From positions 124,001 to 188,000 of the forward strand of contig CBFFRP010000075.1 in NCBI GenBank assembly GCA_965644295.1: a stretch of 64,000 bases of DNA, in the 5' to 3' direction. The stretch's first letter is position 1. Each line of letters opens with the position of its first letter. This DNA comes from Paraphysomonas bandaiensis. Taxonomy: Eukaryota; Protista; Chrysophyceae. Under the pieces are notes generated by a model, which was given only the letters and a program-made list of their open reading frames with translations, did no database searches and was not told where the DNA came from. A program made the position numbers and the translations under genes. This document shows, in pieces, positions 12,833-26,400 of the stretch.

Positions 12833-13286
12833 ATATAAATGGAAAATGGATGACCTTGTGTAGACTTAGTCAGTGAAGGTAATCGGTTACAATAATGTAT
12901 GGCTATTCTTCTAGCGCCATATTGTAGGATCTTAAACAACTAGAAATGTATTGTGTAAATAATGAACATTGTTATATGTTTCAGAGTGAGAGAAAGCAAC
13001 TGTCGTAGTTTCGTTGCACTGTGATGCACACAAGTATTGTACCCAGTTAAGAATAAGTGCGTTTGACTGTAGCTATGGTATATTTTGACTGGTATGAATT
13101 TCTACCATATCCTCGAAATCTAACATTGTTTCAACACTTTCGTAATATATATTATGATCATAATTCGTACTAGTATATTCGTAATATACACTGAATACAT
13201 TTACCAGCTCAATACTCTTGTACATTCAAAAAATAGATATACACGTTATGTTAAATTGCACTGTGTTTTACATCACAGCGCATAAA

Positions 13287-16208
13287 CTAAACAGATGAGT
13301 GCAGAGATGCCACTCTAAACGATTGTAGGATATTTTTTATAACGACTCCGTTGTCGTGAACGTTTCTTCTGGTATAGCATTTTGACTCTACCACAGACGC
13401 AATAGTGATAAAGTCGATTTCAGAATTATATGGCCCCTGAAATATATGAGCATATTGAATAAAGCACATGACATCAACTGACCACTAATAACTGGGTGAG
13501 TATGCCCTTACAGCAGTGAGGGGTGGAAGGGTAGTGCGGCAGAACAGATATCGCTTTCGCTGCCTCAGATAACTCAGTACCTGAGACAAGGTAAGAGCAT
13601 ACCAGATACCCAGCACAAAAAATACCTGGCGCATCCCAGTGTGGCCCACAAGGGCAAGCAAAACGAAAGCAAGAAGCTTCTGGGGACAAATCCTCACCAG
13701 TGTTCAGAGAGAAAAGAATACACCCCTCACAGTCTGAAGATAACATCCACGGATTATTGAGCATAGGAAATTCAACTGAAGTGCCAATTGAGTGTCCCCA
13801 CTCATGTAGCGCTGGTGCGAATTCTCTGAGTGTCGATCGGCGGCCAATAAGAAAACCAACAATGCGCTCAAAGTCTTCTTCCGATTCCAACTCAAGCGCC
13901 GATGCATGAGCTACATAGTACGAACCATCACTTTGCCTACAAACTCTGCACTGCTGTACTGGGCGCTCCACCCTGCTCCCAGCTTTGGGTCCTAATAAAT
14001 CCATCACTACACCGTTCGATATCATAACAGCTGTCAACGCGACACGTTGCCGCAAATCCGTGTCATGCACTGCGTTCGCAGGGCCTAAATTTCTCAGATT
14101 ACCATGTGGGGGTTGATTCTTGGTATTACTGTTGAATATCTCCTTAACTACGGCGCTCATTAGTCCATGACCGCCACTACTACCTATCACAAGAGACACA
14201 GTTGGCTCCAAACATGACGCGAAGTGCCTGTCAGATTCCCCCCCTGCAACACATAAAAATGCTAATCCTCGACTACTCGATATCGCGGCTTTCGTTCTTT
14301 TTCTAATATACGCGTACAGGCGAGCGACGCCGTCATTACCTATATATATATCGTCAAAGAAAAATCTTTCCTGTCTGGGTGCTGAGCTTATTGGCATCAT
14401 GTTATTGCCAACCACCGTAGGTTCTCTGCAACTCTCTCGCTCCTCTCGCCACACTATATCCAATGCACTATTTTCAATGTCGACCCTGAAGGGGTTCTCG
14501 TCACATTTCTACATATATACCTGTCATCAATATATAACAAGGACACACCTTACTAGACCTTGTGTTGAACTCCCTCTACTATACATAGCTTCACAGCTCT
14601 AGGTATATCCCTCATAGACCTGTGAGCATGACGCCCATGTGCATAGATATTTACATCGCTGTATAAAGAGTGCACACTATGGTGTGAAGTAACCGGCCGA
14701 CATGAGGCATCTGTGTAAACATGCTCCTTTCTCGTTGACCCAGTACGATTAGTCCTATTGTAGAGGTTATCAGAAGATTCACGACACCTGAAGGTACAGC
14801 TAGATTGCCGTGGACTTAAATCTTTTAGAGTTGATGATGGAATGTGTGTGTATATAGCTCTGTCAGCATCATTTCGAACTGCTGTATTCATAGAGCTCAC
14901 ACAGTGGATATAGCTACTGGGCAATTCATCAGAGCTAGAGACACTGTCATCAGACATCAGATCATTTCCATGTTTATTTCTTGTGTCTAGTTGCTCAAGG
15001 GAAGACTTCGATTGTTCAAGTAATTTTATCATAGAAGATATCACCGCTAGCGCAGAATTTGTACTGGAAACAAAAAAGATTCAGTGGGGTGTGACAACAC
15101 GGCGTACAATACCTATCAGACGGAATGGATTGGTTTGTCAATTCAGCCGCAAGTGACGCCCTCAAACTCTGCGCTGTTGAAATGACGGTATTTATCGTCG
15201 CAACGTTCGCTTTCACAGACTCTAAGGAATCGCTATACGTCAAGTACTTGTATAAGTATTACATATTATATTATTAGCTTTAATTAAACCTGAATATCAC
15301 TGAATGGGGCCCTTGTGCACTATATTTGGGAGACTTTCTAATTCCACGTGAAGAAAATGTTGTGTCACCTTCGTTAGTGGACAGCGACTTTCCAGGGCAA
15401 TCAATTGTACTGTATATACCCTTCTGCTGATTGATGGGTGTGCGAGTCAAATCAACATCTCCGTTATTAGTTCCAGAGCATGAGGCTGTAGTGTGGGGAG
15501 CCCAGGGTTTCGAAGGCAAAACGTCCATTGGCGTGGCTCTAGGCTGTACGTTCGTTGTGGCCATCGCGTACCAACTTGGTTTCTCGTGATATTGGGGGCT
15601 ACGGGGTTGAGGGGTATCAGAGGTTACGATTGAGCTTAATAATACAAATACCGTTGTCTAGAAATCATGGTATCGCTCTGAGATGACCTAAGTCGTGGTA
15701 CAGAGAGAGAATGTGAAGTCGTTAAACCTTCGTCACTTATGAACTCGTCGTGAATATAATTTCCTTCCAATTTGTTTCGAAGTAGCCGACTCCAAGTCGT
15801 CATCACTGCAGCCTCCACCGGCCTCAGAGACTCTATCGCCAGTAAATCTACAACATTCTCTACCTCATGAGTAGCATCAAGTATCTCTTGTTCATCGTCA
15901 CTATAAGACTCATCTCGTCTCTTCTTCTCTTCACGAGCAAACATCAGCCAATCATTCCACTGGTGTCTGTTCATTAGCGACCGCACCGCCTGCAGCTCCT
16001 GTGTATCTGGTCAGAAAGAGAGTTCAAGGACAAGTAGAGGGATAGATCTACCTCTGTCTCGTCTGTAGTGAGAGGTGTGGACAGCGTCACATTCTTCACC
16101 ATAAGATCCAATATATGGCCCTTAGGAGCCATCACTGAGGAGACAACACCGTTCATCTCTTCATCCTGATCGCTAAGATCCATATCTTCATCGCTCATAT
16201 CGCTCATA
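13287..16208 (-). CDS. Multi-exon protein with divergent kinesin-motor-like C-terminal region (could be two genes)
   Basis: Chain of minus-strand ORFs separated by short GT-AG introns; FFFDDIY, VVMDLL, YYVAHASALELES..F..IG.R resemble kinesin elements; no canonical P-loop. Confidence 0.5.
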
Positions 16209-16754
16209 TCAATTTGTAACACGCACACCATACCACTACTGTAGATCTATGCATGCGATGATGTACACACGCTGTACCTCAACGATCAGGTCGGTATACA
16301 TACAGTATACAGTACCTAGACAGTACAGTGGGCTCTGAAAACTATTGTCTTTTGTAGCAGTTTTCAGTATTATCGAAAAGAGGAAATTTTATTTTTTACA
16401 ATGTAAAAACTAAATTTTTTGGCATCATCTACAAGGAATAGCACCTTCTGGGACAGAAAACCCCTGATATTGAAACTGAGTTTGATTTTGTAGTGAATGT
16501 GGCAACTTACAACGGCAGTTCATAGGCACACATACAGTCGTAAGTACTGTACGTCGTGTATGTAGAGCTCTGTGCGTATAGCGTATAGTATATGACTGTA
16601 TGTTATCTACTGCACCCGACCTGCTGCTGTATGTATATATGCTATGTACATATGTGTGGTATAGAATATAAGCAGGTGGGGATATATATCTAACTAGACC
16701 ACCTCATCTCTCCCCCCCTCTCCTCTCCTCTCCTCTACACCAGACCTAGTCCCT

Positions 16755-19238
16755 ATGTCCCGTGTGTTAGTATTGTTGCTGGCGCTGCTGCTGGTGTGTG
16801 AGAGGGCTCTATCTGCTGTTATTAATCTGGAGTGGGGTCTCAGTGTGGGCAATCAGGGAACCACACACATAAACACAGGAGACACTGTCGTATGGACGTG
16901 GAGCGACTTCTTCACTCATAGCGTCAGGTCTATGAACGGCAAGTTCACGAGCTCTTCCATAGTTGCCGGGGAAGGCACCACTCATACAGTTACGTTTAAT
17001 ACAGCAGGAACATATCCCTATATGTGCGACATACACACCACTGCTATGCAGGGTGTTATTCAGGTATCAGGCAGTCCGACACTAGCACCGGCCCATGCTT
17101 CGTCCGATTCACCTGTCGCGTCATCTTCTCCAACAGCTACTCCAACCTTTATTGATCCGAATTCCTTATTAAGCGAGAAACTGACATACCCACATGTAGT
17201 GGATTCAGGCAAAGATGTACCTTCTGAGTGGACCGCTACCTTAGTTGTTCGGGAGCATAGACATAGTAACTCACAAGTTTCTTTCACGACGCGTTCATAC
17301 TGTTACCAAAATAAATGTACGTACCCCGGTCCTACCATCGCTGTACTGCCAGGAGACAACTTCACCTTAGTTCTCACAAATGAGCTTGGTCCGACCCCTC
17401 ATAACGAGCACATAATGAATCATATGCACAGTCCGAATACCACTAACATTCATACTCATGGACTTCACATCGGGTCGGATGTAGACACTGTTTTCGTACA
17501 CGCTGCGCCGGGCGAAACTATTACATATCCCTACAAGATACGAGACGACCACGCTCCAGGATTGATGTGGTATCACGCCCACTACCACGGATCTAGCACG
17601 ATGCAGCTGATGAGCGGTTTGGTTGGAGCACTGGTTGTTAAGCCCGCACACACAGGCAAGCAACGTATCCCTGCTTCGATTACAGAGGCAGACGCTCATA
17701 TTCTGGTCGTGACGAAGCTTGTGGTATCCCAAGAAACCTCAGGTGGGAAGGTAACACAGGGGTGTGGGGTAGGATATGCTTGTGACCCGGTAGCCCAAGC
17801 TCCACTCTGTACAGGTGTCTCATATGCTGTTGTATTCCCGTGATAGTTGATTATTATCCGTTTAGGGGAAGAGGAGAGCTCTCCATTTAACATGTTTCGG
17901 GTGTATTCTATACAGGAGTTTAATGCGGAGTGCGGAAGTGACATGGAGTTGAATGTGGAAGTGGTGGACCCCGATGAGACAGATATGGATCTTGTTAACG
18001 GGATGTTTCGGCCGACGCTGCACCTCGTGCAAGGTTCACCAAGTATTCTGCATACGGTGAATGCGTTTGGTGGTGCACCGCTCTCATTAAGTGTGTCTGA
18101 TGCATCATGCTCTATTCATGTAATTGCCTGGGACGGAGTATATATGGAAGCGCGCTTGGAGCAGCAAACTGTGAATATACCAGGTGCTGGGAGGGCTAGT
18201 TTTGAAATTGTGTGTGACAAAGAAGGTGTGTCATTTTCTTTTTTCAGTTGATTTGTAATGACTTGCGAAGGGGTATTTATTATGCGGAACGGTGCTAAGC
18301 ACATGATGACCCTTTTCGTTAATTCTACAGGAGTAAGGCGACCAACAGTTACAGACAGTGAGCTGAAGGGGATTGTGCGCCCGTGGTATCTTCAGGACCT
18401 CTTTGGAGATGACGTTGTAGTCAACCATAGGTACAGCGTCCACATATCTCAAGATAACAAGCCCACAGGCGACTGTGGGTACTGGATGGGCCTTGGCTCC
18501 GACTGCAGTGCTATTACCCCCCATGGGTCTGTGCCCCCTAATCCGCACTACGTTCCGTGTTCCTTTTCTAAGTTTAAAGGTGAGCGTGGACTCTCGGCCG
18601 CTGGGTACCTTCCAGACCACCGTTTGGTCACATACGTGGGAGCCGTGAATGAGTGGACTATATATGGACTTGGATCAGCGCATCACCCTCTGTAAGTTTT
18701 TGGTACTCTTGGTGCGTTTTGTTAACGTTTTGGTGGCAGGCACGTACACGTAAACCATATGCAGGTGACTGTCAGATGTATAATTTGCGTTCAGAAATCT
18801 CTTTTGTGTGCCATTACAGCTTCTATCACAGATAATATCATTCAACTCGTCTGTTGAGAATTTCACCGAATCGTATTATAGGGTAAAATATCATTGTATC
18901 GATGACATACGTTAAAGGCTTTGTATAGACAGGGCAATGGAGAGATGTTATTCCTCCGGTCGCAGACAGCGTGGTTATTCGCTTCGTGGCCGCCGACTAC
19001 GCCGGAGAAGTCATAATGCACTGTAGGATTTCATTTTTTTCTGTTTTGGTATATTGACGTATGAATAGGCCATTTTCAGCGCCATGAGGACCTCGGAATG
19101 ATGGATTCATTTCTCATATTACCGCAGGAAGAATACTTCTCGACGTATGCCCCTACTCTAGCACCAACACCTACGCCGACAATTGACACGCCCAGAGTGT
19201 GCAAGTGTAACAGTCCGTATACCAGCGTTGGTCATTAA
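16755..19238 (+). CDS. Secreted multicopper oxidase with N-terminal plastocyanin-like cupredoxin domain
   Basis: Signal peptide; HSV...YMCDIHTTAM; TNIHTHG; WYHAHYHG; HPLHVHVNH (spliced); MHCHFQRHEDLGMM (spliced); stop at 19236-19238. Confidence 0.92.
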
Positions 19239-19567
19239 AGACGTTAACTAAATATAGAGCATGCTGCAGGACGATCCCTCTATTCAATCATGGGTAGTCG
19301 TTTCTACATAATGTCGTCGAATAGACTATTGATAAAAATATAAGAGGAAGTTATAGAAAAGGAGGCTAAATGAAATATAAAGCGAAAAATCAGTTTTGTG
19401 TTCCCACTGAAACTACAACATACTTCACCTGAAATAGCAATTATTATTTCATATCGTTGATATATATTACATCTTCTAAGTCACTTCCATTCTGTTTAGG
19501 AAATTTGTAGGCAGCAGCATATTATCGCACAGATATCGGGTGTCTTGTTGTGATTAGTTCGTACTTG

Positions 19568-19705
19568 TGAATGTGTCTGATTATTAGCAATAGGCGTGTA
19601 AGAGTCAGAACCCTAATCGAATAGCTTAACTCTGATAACCTACAATTTAAAGCTGCTTGTGCGTCACCGCAAGCACCAGGGTGCAACCACTTCTGCTCTT
19701 GAGTA
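19568..19705 (-). repeat. Retroposon 3' region with palindromic module and type A tail
   Basis: Module at 19653-19690; tctgattattagcaataggcgt at ~19576-19597. Confidence 0.8.
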
Positions 19706-20048
19706 TGTGTGGGAGCTGCCCATGGACGTATAGTCCTGCGGTGTCTAGGCGCGGCTAATCAGGGAGCGCCCTTTGGGTAGGGGTCGGCGAAGCTTATGGG
19801 AATGTCAGAGTTATGTAGATTTCGTAGATACTTCTGTTAAAGTTATTGCAAACGAATTGAAATGAATATCTACAATGCATGTGGGACACGCAGCATCGCT
19901 TAAGTGGTACAGTAAGCCCCTATCGAGCTGGACAAAACACATCATACCACCAAACCGTACTACACATGCAAAATTTTTTGTACACCGTCAACAAGTTAAA
20001 ATCAGAAATAGTAGCACTACAAAACTCATTACAAGAAATGGTTAAAAA

Positions 20049-22041
20049 TTATATAATATATTTGTTGAGATCAGTGGCGCTGAGGTAGTCCTTGGTTTTT
20101 TCGCGCACATATACCTCATCAATTTCAATGGAAGTATTGGGCGTTTCTGATGCACTGAACGATATTTCCTCCATAATTCGCTCAACAACAGTATGCAGTC
20201 TTCTAGCACCAATATTTTCGACAGTACGGTTGACCTAATCAAAACGCTCCTCATCAGTTGAAGTCTAGTGAACAACGGGCTACACATTACCTCAGAAGCG
20301 ATCTTGGCAATCTCTCGAATAGCCTTTTCAGTAAAGGTCAGTGACACAGACTCAGACTTCATCAGTTCAACCTAAGCAACATTGGTAGCATCTGCGTCAA
20401 ATACAATATCCCGCTACATGGACAGATAAAGACCTGCTGTTTAAGGAGGTTGTTCACAGGCTCTGTAAGGATTCTGTAAAGATCGTTTTCTGTGAGACCT
20501 GCAAGGTTCACTCTAATGGGCAGGCGGCCCTGTAGCTCCGGGAGTAAATCGGATGGCTTAGCAGAGTGAAACGAACCCGCGGCAATAAACAAAATATATT
20601 CCGTGTTAATATTTCCCTTCTTGGTATTCACCACTGTACCTTCCACGAGAGGTAGTAAGTCTCGTTGAACTCCTTCGGCAGATGCATCCCGCCCCCCACT
20701 ACTAAACGAATCTCCAGATACAACTTTATCGATCTCGTCAATAAAAACAATTCCCTTCTCTTCAACAGCCTTCAGAGCCTCGCGAGTGATGTCTCCCTCT
20801 TTTTCAGAAAACAACAATTGTGCTTGGTTCGATTTCAAAGCATCACGGGCAGTGGATACTTTCATTCGCTTCTTGACACGAGACACACTTCTACTTCCTG
20901 TAATACTACGTCAGTAAGTGTGCAGATATATGCATACATAACAGCAACACTCTAAAGACGAATATGTTAGTTGAGTGGGTTTATATACAATGCGCGTTCA
21001 ACAATTCAATACAAAGAAGTAGGACAACCTAGCTGGGATATCACCCTCATGAACCCATCCAGAGCGGCCTCGTCAGCAGATCCCTGGTCCGAAGAGATGG
21101 CCACCACAGGTGTAGCCTCTGACTTCACTGGTAGGTCCACTAGTATCATCTCGTCATCATATTCTCCGTCTCGATACCTGGCGGTGATGGCTTCTTCACT
21201 CAGAGCATCAGCCGCATGTTGGCTTCCGTGCTTCTGGCCATTAGGGCGGGGTGTAACAGTTGGAGGTTGAGCAACCCCATCCAGATCAACATTTATCGTT
21301 TTTTTAAGTTGATGTTGTAGTGTACCAACAATAATTTTTTCTGTTATTGTGTTGGCTTCAGACATTATATCCTGGGCCATTTCTATTCATCAAAATAAGA
21401 ATATTACACCAAATAAATGTACCTCCATCATACGTTTCTTAGTGCGCGATATGGATTCATTCACAAGCTCGGATATTATCTCATTGACATCCTGACCTAC
21501 AAAACCCACTTCGGTGAACTTCGTAGCATCAGTTCGAACAAATGGTGCGTCCGCTAGTTTGGCTAATCGTCTTGCGATTTCAGTCTTCCCGCATCCCGTT
21601 GAACCAATCATGAGTATGTTCTTCGGGACGATCTACACACATATATACACATATCCATTAGACTACAAAGAAGGAAGCAATGACAGAGCTTACATCTGCC
21701 TGTAGATGTTGCGGCAGCTGCGATCGTCTCCATCTGTTGCGATATGCTATAGCCACTGCTCGCTTACACTCCTCTTGACCAACAATATACTTATCCAGCT
21801 CCTCAACCACTCGCCTTGGAGTAAGAGGGTCCCCTTCATGCTCTTTGTCTCTTCTTTTCCTCCCCCTGGACCCCCCATGAGTCCCTCTAGACCCTTCATT
21901 AGCCCCAGAAACACCCCCTGTCGACCCTCTCGCTGTGCTGCTGCTCCTGATGATATAGGGGGATAATATTGATAGTGGAGGGGGGCGATACACACCCACA
22001 CGCATCATAGTTGATAGTGAGAATTGTCTAAACCCAGACAT
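20049..22041 (-). CDS. hslU: ATP-dependent protease ATPase subunit HslU (ClpY), probably mitochondrial
   Basis: [92 protein letters not shown]-terminus DLNKYII*; Arg/Ser-rich N-terminal extension. Confidence 0.96.
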
Positions 22042-23401
22042 ATGGCTGCATGTACGTCTGTTTGCTGCCTATAGCGCCTGTCAGTGTATCATACTATCAC
22101 ATACAGCCAATACATAGTCTGTGATGACACATGCATATGCATAGAACGATAGCAGTGTCTGTCATATATGTAATACAGTGCACTACAGTGGGATACTGTT
22201 CTGGTTCAATTCTGTTGACATACAGGCGTATATATACAGAGAGACTACTCTATGACTATGCACATACAGCAGCAGATGTCCACTTGACATGTACCAGTGT
22301 ACAGGTATGCAGGTACAGTATATGGACTGACAAGCAGGCAATATCTGTAATCTACTAGTGCATATATGGTATATCTGTAATGCATGTACAGTATGTTACG
22401 TGGATTCTGAGAATTGCTTGCGTTTTATGAACATAGAGTCCCATCGATGGTAGGGGGCTGTTTAATTTCTGCCTATATGACCCTATCATAAGCGGAGCGA
22501 TTCTTCAGTTTACGTTTTGGTCTCGTAATTTTAGATTTTGGAATAAGTGAAATCGCCATCCACGTTTAAAATACGACCAACTGCTAGATATGTATCAGTA
22601 GCTTATTGGATATAATTTATCACTTATCAGTGTAATACCAAAAATTACATCTATCGCAGAAATCAACGATAAAACGTGAAGAGAAAATATTGATGTTGGT
22701 GGTTTCTGCCATGAAACAACAGCATTTTCACAATTTTATTATCTCTCCTAAGATAATTCAACATGCACAAGTATCCTATCCTACAGACCTTAACTTGAGC
22801 TTATTCCTTGTATAATACAACCTAGTATTATGTTAACTATTATCTTAGCCTCATTTGAATTGGGCTCAACAGTACGCTCATAATAGCTCCGGGTAATTTG
22901 GATTAGAGGTGCCTACTTCTTTCTGGGTTTGAGTCACTTCGTGCTTATCAGGGTTTTGGCGGTGTCATATTTAGATGTTCCTAGTTTTTTTAGACATTAC
23001 TACTAATTTATGAAATTTATCAAATCTACTAAACTTAAATACGGCTTAACTGCCATTAATAGTTTAGTAGGAACAAATGCCACATTTTAGTTAAGTAGGA
23101 ACAAATGGAAAGTTTAGTAGATGTAATAATGTCACCGAGACACACAGCCCTGCAAGAATTTAGGTCAAGAATATATATTTATACTATTTTGAGACAAAAT
23201 GGGGATACATGGCCGTTTCCCCATTCTAATGTAGTGAGTACAAGCAGCTGCCTTCAATTTCTAAGAGCTCTATATATATTCGCCTTATCTTCTGCAATGA
23301 ACATATTCTGTATACAGATATGCCATACTTATTTTTATGAATGCTCCTATCGTGCTACACGATTTGCATAAAACTAGTAAAAATGCAGTGTTGCTGAGTA
23401 C

Positions 23402-25786
23402 CAGGGATAGGGAACAATATATTGCAATATATTGTAAAATATATTGATTGGTGGACTGGTCAAATATTCCATCAATAGTGTTTCTGTTAATAGAGCTCAC
23501 AATACTATTGCAATATATTGCAATCAATATTATGATAGTCATATAAGAGAAGATCCTCAACTGTATGGTGCAAAATATACGCCTCTGTATACAAATATCC
23601 GGAAAATAAGAAAAAAAGCCTATTTTTGATGTTATTTTCTATTTTTTATGTATCGCCAGCTCAAACAGCACTCTACACCTCTCCACATGTATGTACAGTA
23701 CTTCTCTTAATATAGTATATATATCCTATAGTGACAAGAAGAGACAACTGAATGATGAGTGCATACAAGAGTAGGGACATTTACCGCTGTTTTTGGAGTC
23801 CGGTCGAAGGTGTCCCGAACAAACACGAGTGTAAAATCTGCGGACGTAAACGACAACAGAATATTCGGAATGGATACAACAATCTAAAGGATCACACTTT
23901 CTCTCATGATGTGTGGGAGGAGACATTGAAGAGGTATTTACGGGCTGTCTGCACCAATGGTCCCATGGATGCTTTTGTTCTGCAGCCTTCAGACAAGGCG
24001 AAAACAATTTATGAGTGGGTGGAGTGGATTGTCGAGGAAAATCTTCCATTAAATTTCTGTGAGAAGAAATTAACTAGAAATAAGACTTCTTTGGGTAAGA
24101 TAACTACAAAAACACTGAAAAAATATATGAGACTGTTGGAACTGAAGCTACGTGATATGATTAAAGATATATTACCACCAACATTTGGTCTAGTCATGGA
24201 CGGTTGGACGTCGGACTCCCACCACTACAGTGCAATATTTGCAACCTTTTGCGACCGAACCAATACTCCGAATTTGTTATTGTTGTCTTGTAATGTGCAA
24301 GAGGATATTGATGACAACACTGTTTTCGATGAAGATCTACCTGATGAAGAGAAATTCTACGGATTCACTGCTGCGGATTGGTTTGATACTATCGTAGAAG
24401 TTCTCAATAAATTTGGAGTTGAGGTTAACGCTGACAATGTTTGCGACATTGTTGAGTTTTATCTTGGAGATAACTGTGCTACAAACAGAAAATTGGCTAC
24501 TGATTCTGGTAACACCGTATTACTTGTGTGAAATTGTCGAATGTTATAATATATATTAGGTGTACCCCTAGTTGGATGTGCATCTCACCGACTAAATCTC
24601 GCTGTCAATGAACTCATTCGCAGCAAAGAGAAGAGGAATAACCAAGGAGATGTGACAAGATCTGACGAAGGCATTAGGCCTCTTATTCGCAAAGTAGACC
24701 TACTAATGGGGAAGTTGAAGCAGATTAAGAATGCTGCATTGCTACGTGGCCAAACCAGTCTGCTACCAGAAAGGGTAAATGTCACAAGATGGTCTTCTAT
24801 GTTTCAGGTTCTCATAAAGTGGATGCGTATAAAAGATCATGTATTAAAAATTGAAGACTTACCGCTTGCAGTTACTGATATGATTCCTACTCCTCGACAG
24901 AATACCGAAATAATCGCCCTTGTAGACGACCTGAGGAAGTTTGAAAGCGTCTCGAAATTGCTTCAAACTGGAGGATCAAGTCAAGTGAATCTTTATGAAT
25001 GCCGGAACATATTTGATGGCTTATTGAGGGACTTTAGGCCAAAGTATCCACTATCTGCTTTACAGAAAAACAGTCCCATTGTTAATGATCCGAATTTCGA
25101 GAATGGAATTGCAAAACTCCAAGCAGGCGAAGAATTGGACTTGACAAGATCTGAGAAAGATGCTGTTAGAATATATCTCCGTTCAGACAGTGATTATTGC
25201 AACAATACAGAGGATGATGAAGCTGAAGTTGGCTATGCGGAAAAAATTCTTCAATCAGCTCAAAAACTTAAGAAGCGAAAAGTTGAAATATCTAAGTACA
25301 GGTGCACGAGTCATGTAGTATGTACTTCCAATACGTGTGAACGCCTGTTCAGCGCAGCAAAACTGATTATATCAGTGTTGCGCAAACGTATGCATCCTAC
25401 TACACTTAATATGTTGTTGTTTCTGAAAGCTAACCGACAGTTGTGGCCGGATGCAAGCATATTTCAATCAATATTGAATGAATATGGTGATGATGATGTC
25501 ACCGATGATGGCTCAGAGGATGAGTATGAGGAAACTTTTAATTAGTTAAGAGTAGTGGGTTTGATTATCAAGTGACCTTAGACCTTATAAAATATGGCAA
25601 GTACTAAAAATGAAAACTACTGATGTGTTTACTTACTGATTAGTCATACTAATATATTGCAATATATTGTACAATATATTGCAATATATTGCAATAGTAT
25701 TGTAGGGCCGGTTTAAAAAATCCATCAATACTATTGATGGAACGCTACCTAACAATAGTATTGCAATATATTGTTCCCTATCCCTG
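23402..25786 (+). mobile_element. Autonomous hAT DNA transposon (2385 bp)
   Basis: TIR cagggatagggaacaatatattgcaata / tattgcaatatattgttccctatccctg; perfect 8-bp TSD ctgagtac at 23394-23401 and 25787-25794. Confidence 0.97.
23752..25545 (+). CDS. hAT transposase (~580 aa, intron 24509-24559)
   Basis: BED finger CKIC...NLKDH...H; VMDGWT; GDNCATN; GCASHRLNL; TRWSS; TSNTCERLFS; LLFLKAN. Confidence 0.95.
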
Positions 25787-25887
25787 CTGAGTACTGTGCA
25801 GTTGTGTTATTAAATTCTACATACTGGGTCCCAACTGTGGTCTAAAAGACTAACTATAAATACGTGCAACATTATAGTGTTAAATTA

Positions 25888-26400
25888 CTATGATGATGAC
25901 GAACTACTGCGCTTGCGTTTTTTCGATGATTTATATTTTTTGCTGTGCTTCTTGTCCTTAGATTTCTTCGAATCCTTGCGGTGTTTTGATTTCTTCGTTT
26001 TCTTAGATTTCTTCTTGTGGTCTATACTTGAATCGGACGAACTTTCGGTGTCATTACCCTCGTCATCACTTACCATTAAAGATAAAACAGTGCTATGTAA
26101 TCCGGTATTGCGGGCTAAGTGCTCTTCTTCCTGGCTAAGTTTGCGCTTTTTCTTCTTAACTGCTTTTTCCCTCTCAGCCTCCATTACCTCCCTATAACTT
26201 CCAACTTCTTCTTTGCTAGTACCACGAGCCTCATTCTCTAATCGCTCGATCTGTGCCTTTATTAATTCATTGTATGATTTCTTGAGTGTGTCCTTCTGAG
26301 ACTCTTTCAACTGAGATTGGATTGATCTCGCTCTTTCTCCGTGATCTTGCAAGGGATGCCTACGACACATCCCTTGAAGGCAACTGTTACAATGCGACAT
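25888..26400 (-). CDS. Small Lys/Ser-rich protein with N-terminal CxxC-x3-CxxH motif
   Basis: MSHCNSCLQGMCRRHP, then coiled coil and a K/S-rich tail; single exon. Confidence 0.75.
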   Translation of the reverse strand: MSHCNSCLQGMCRRHPLQDHGERARSIQSQLKESQKDTLKKSYNELIKAQIERLENEARGTSKEEVGSYREVMEAEREKAVKKKKRKLSQEEEHLARNTGLHSTVLSLMVSDDEGNDTESSSDSSIDHKKKSKKTKKSKHRKDSKKSKDKKHSKKYKSSKKRKRSSSSSS

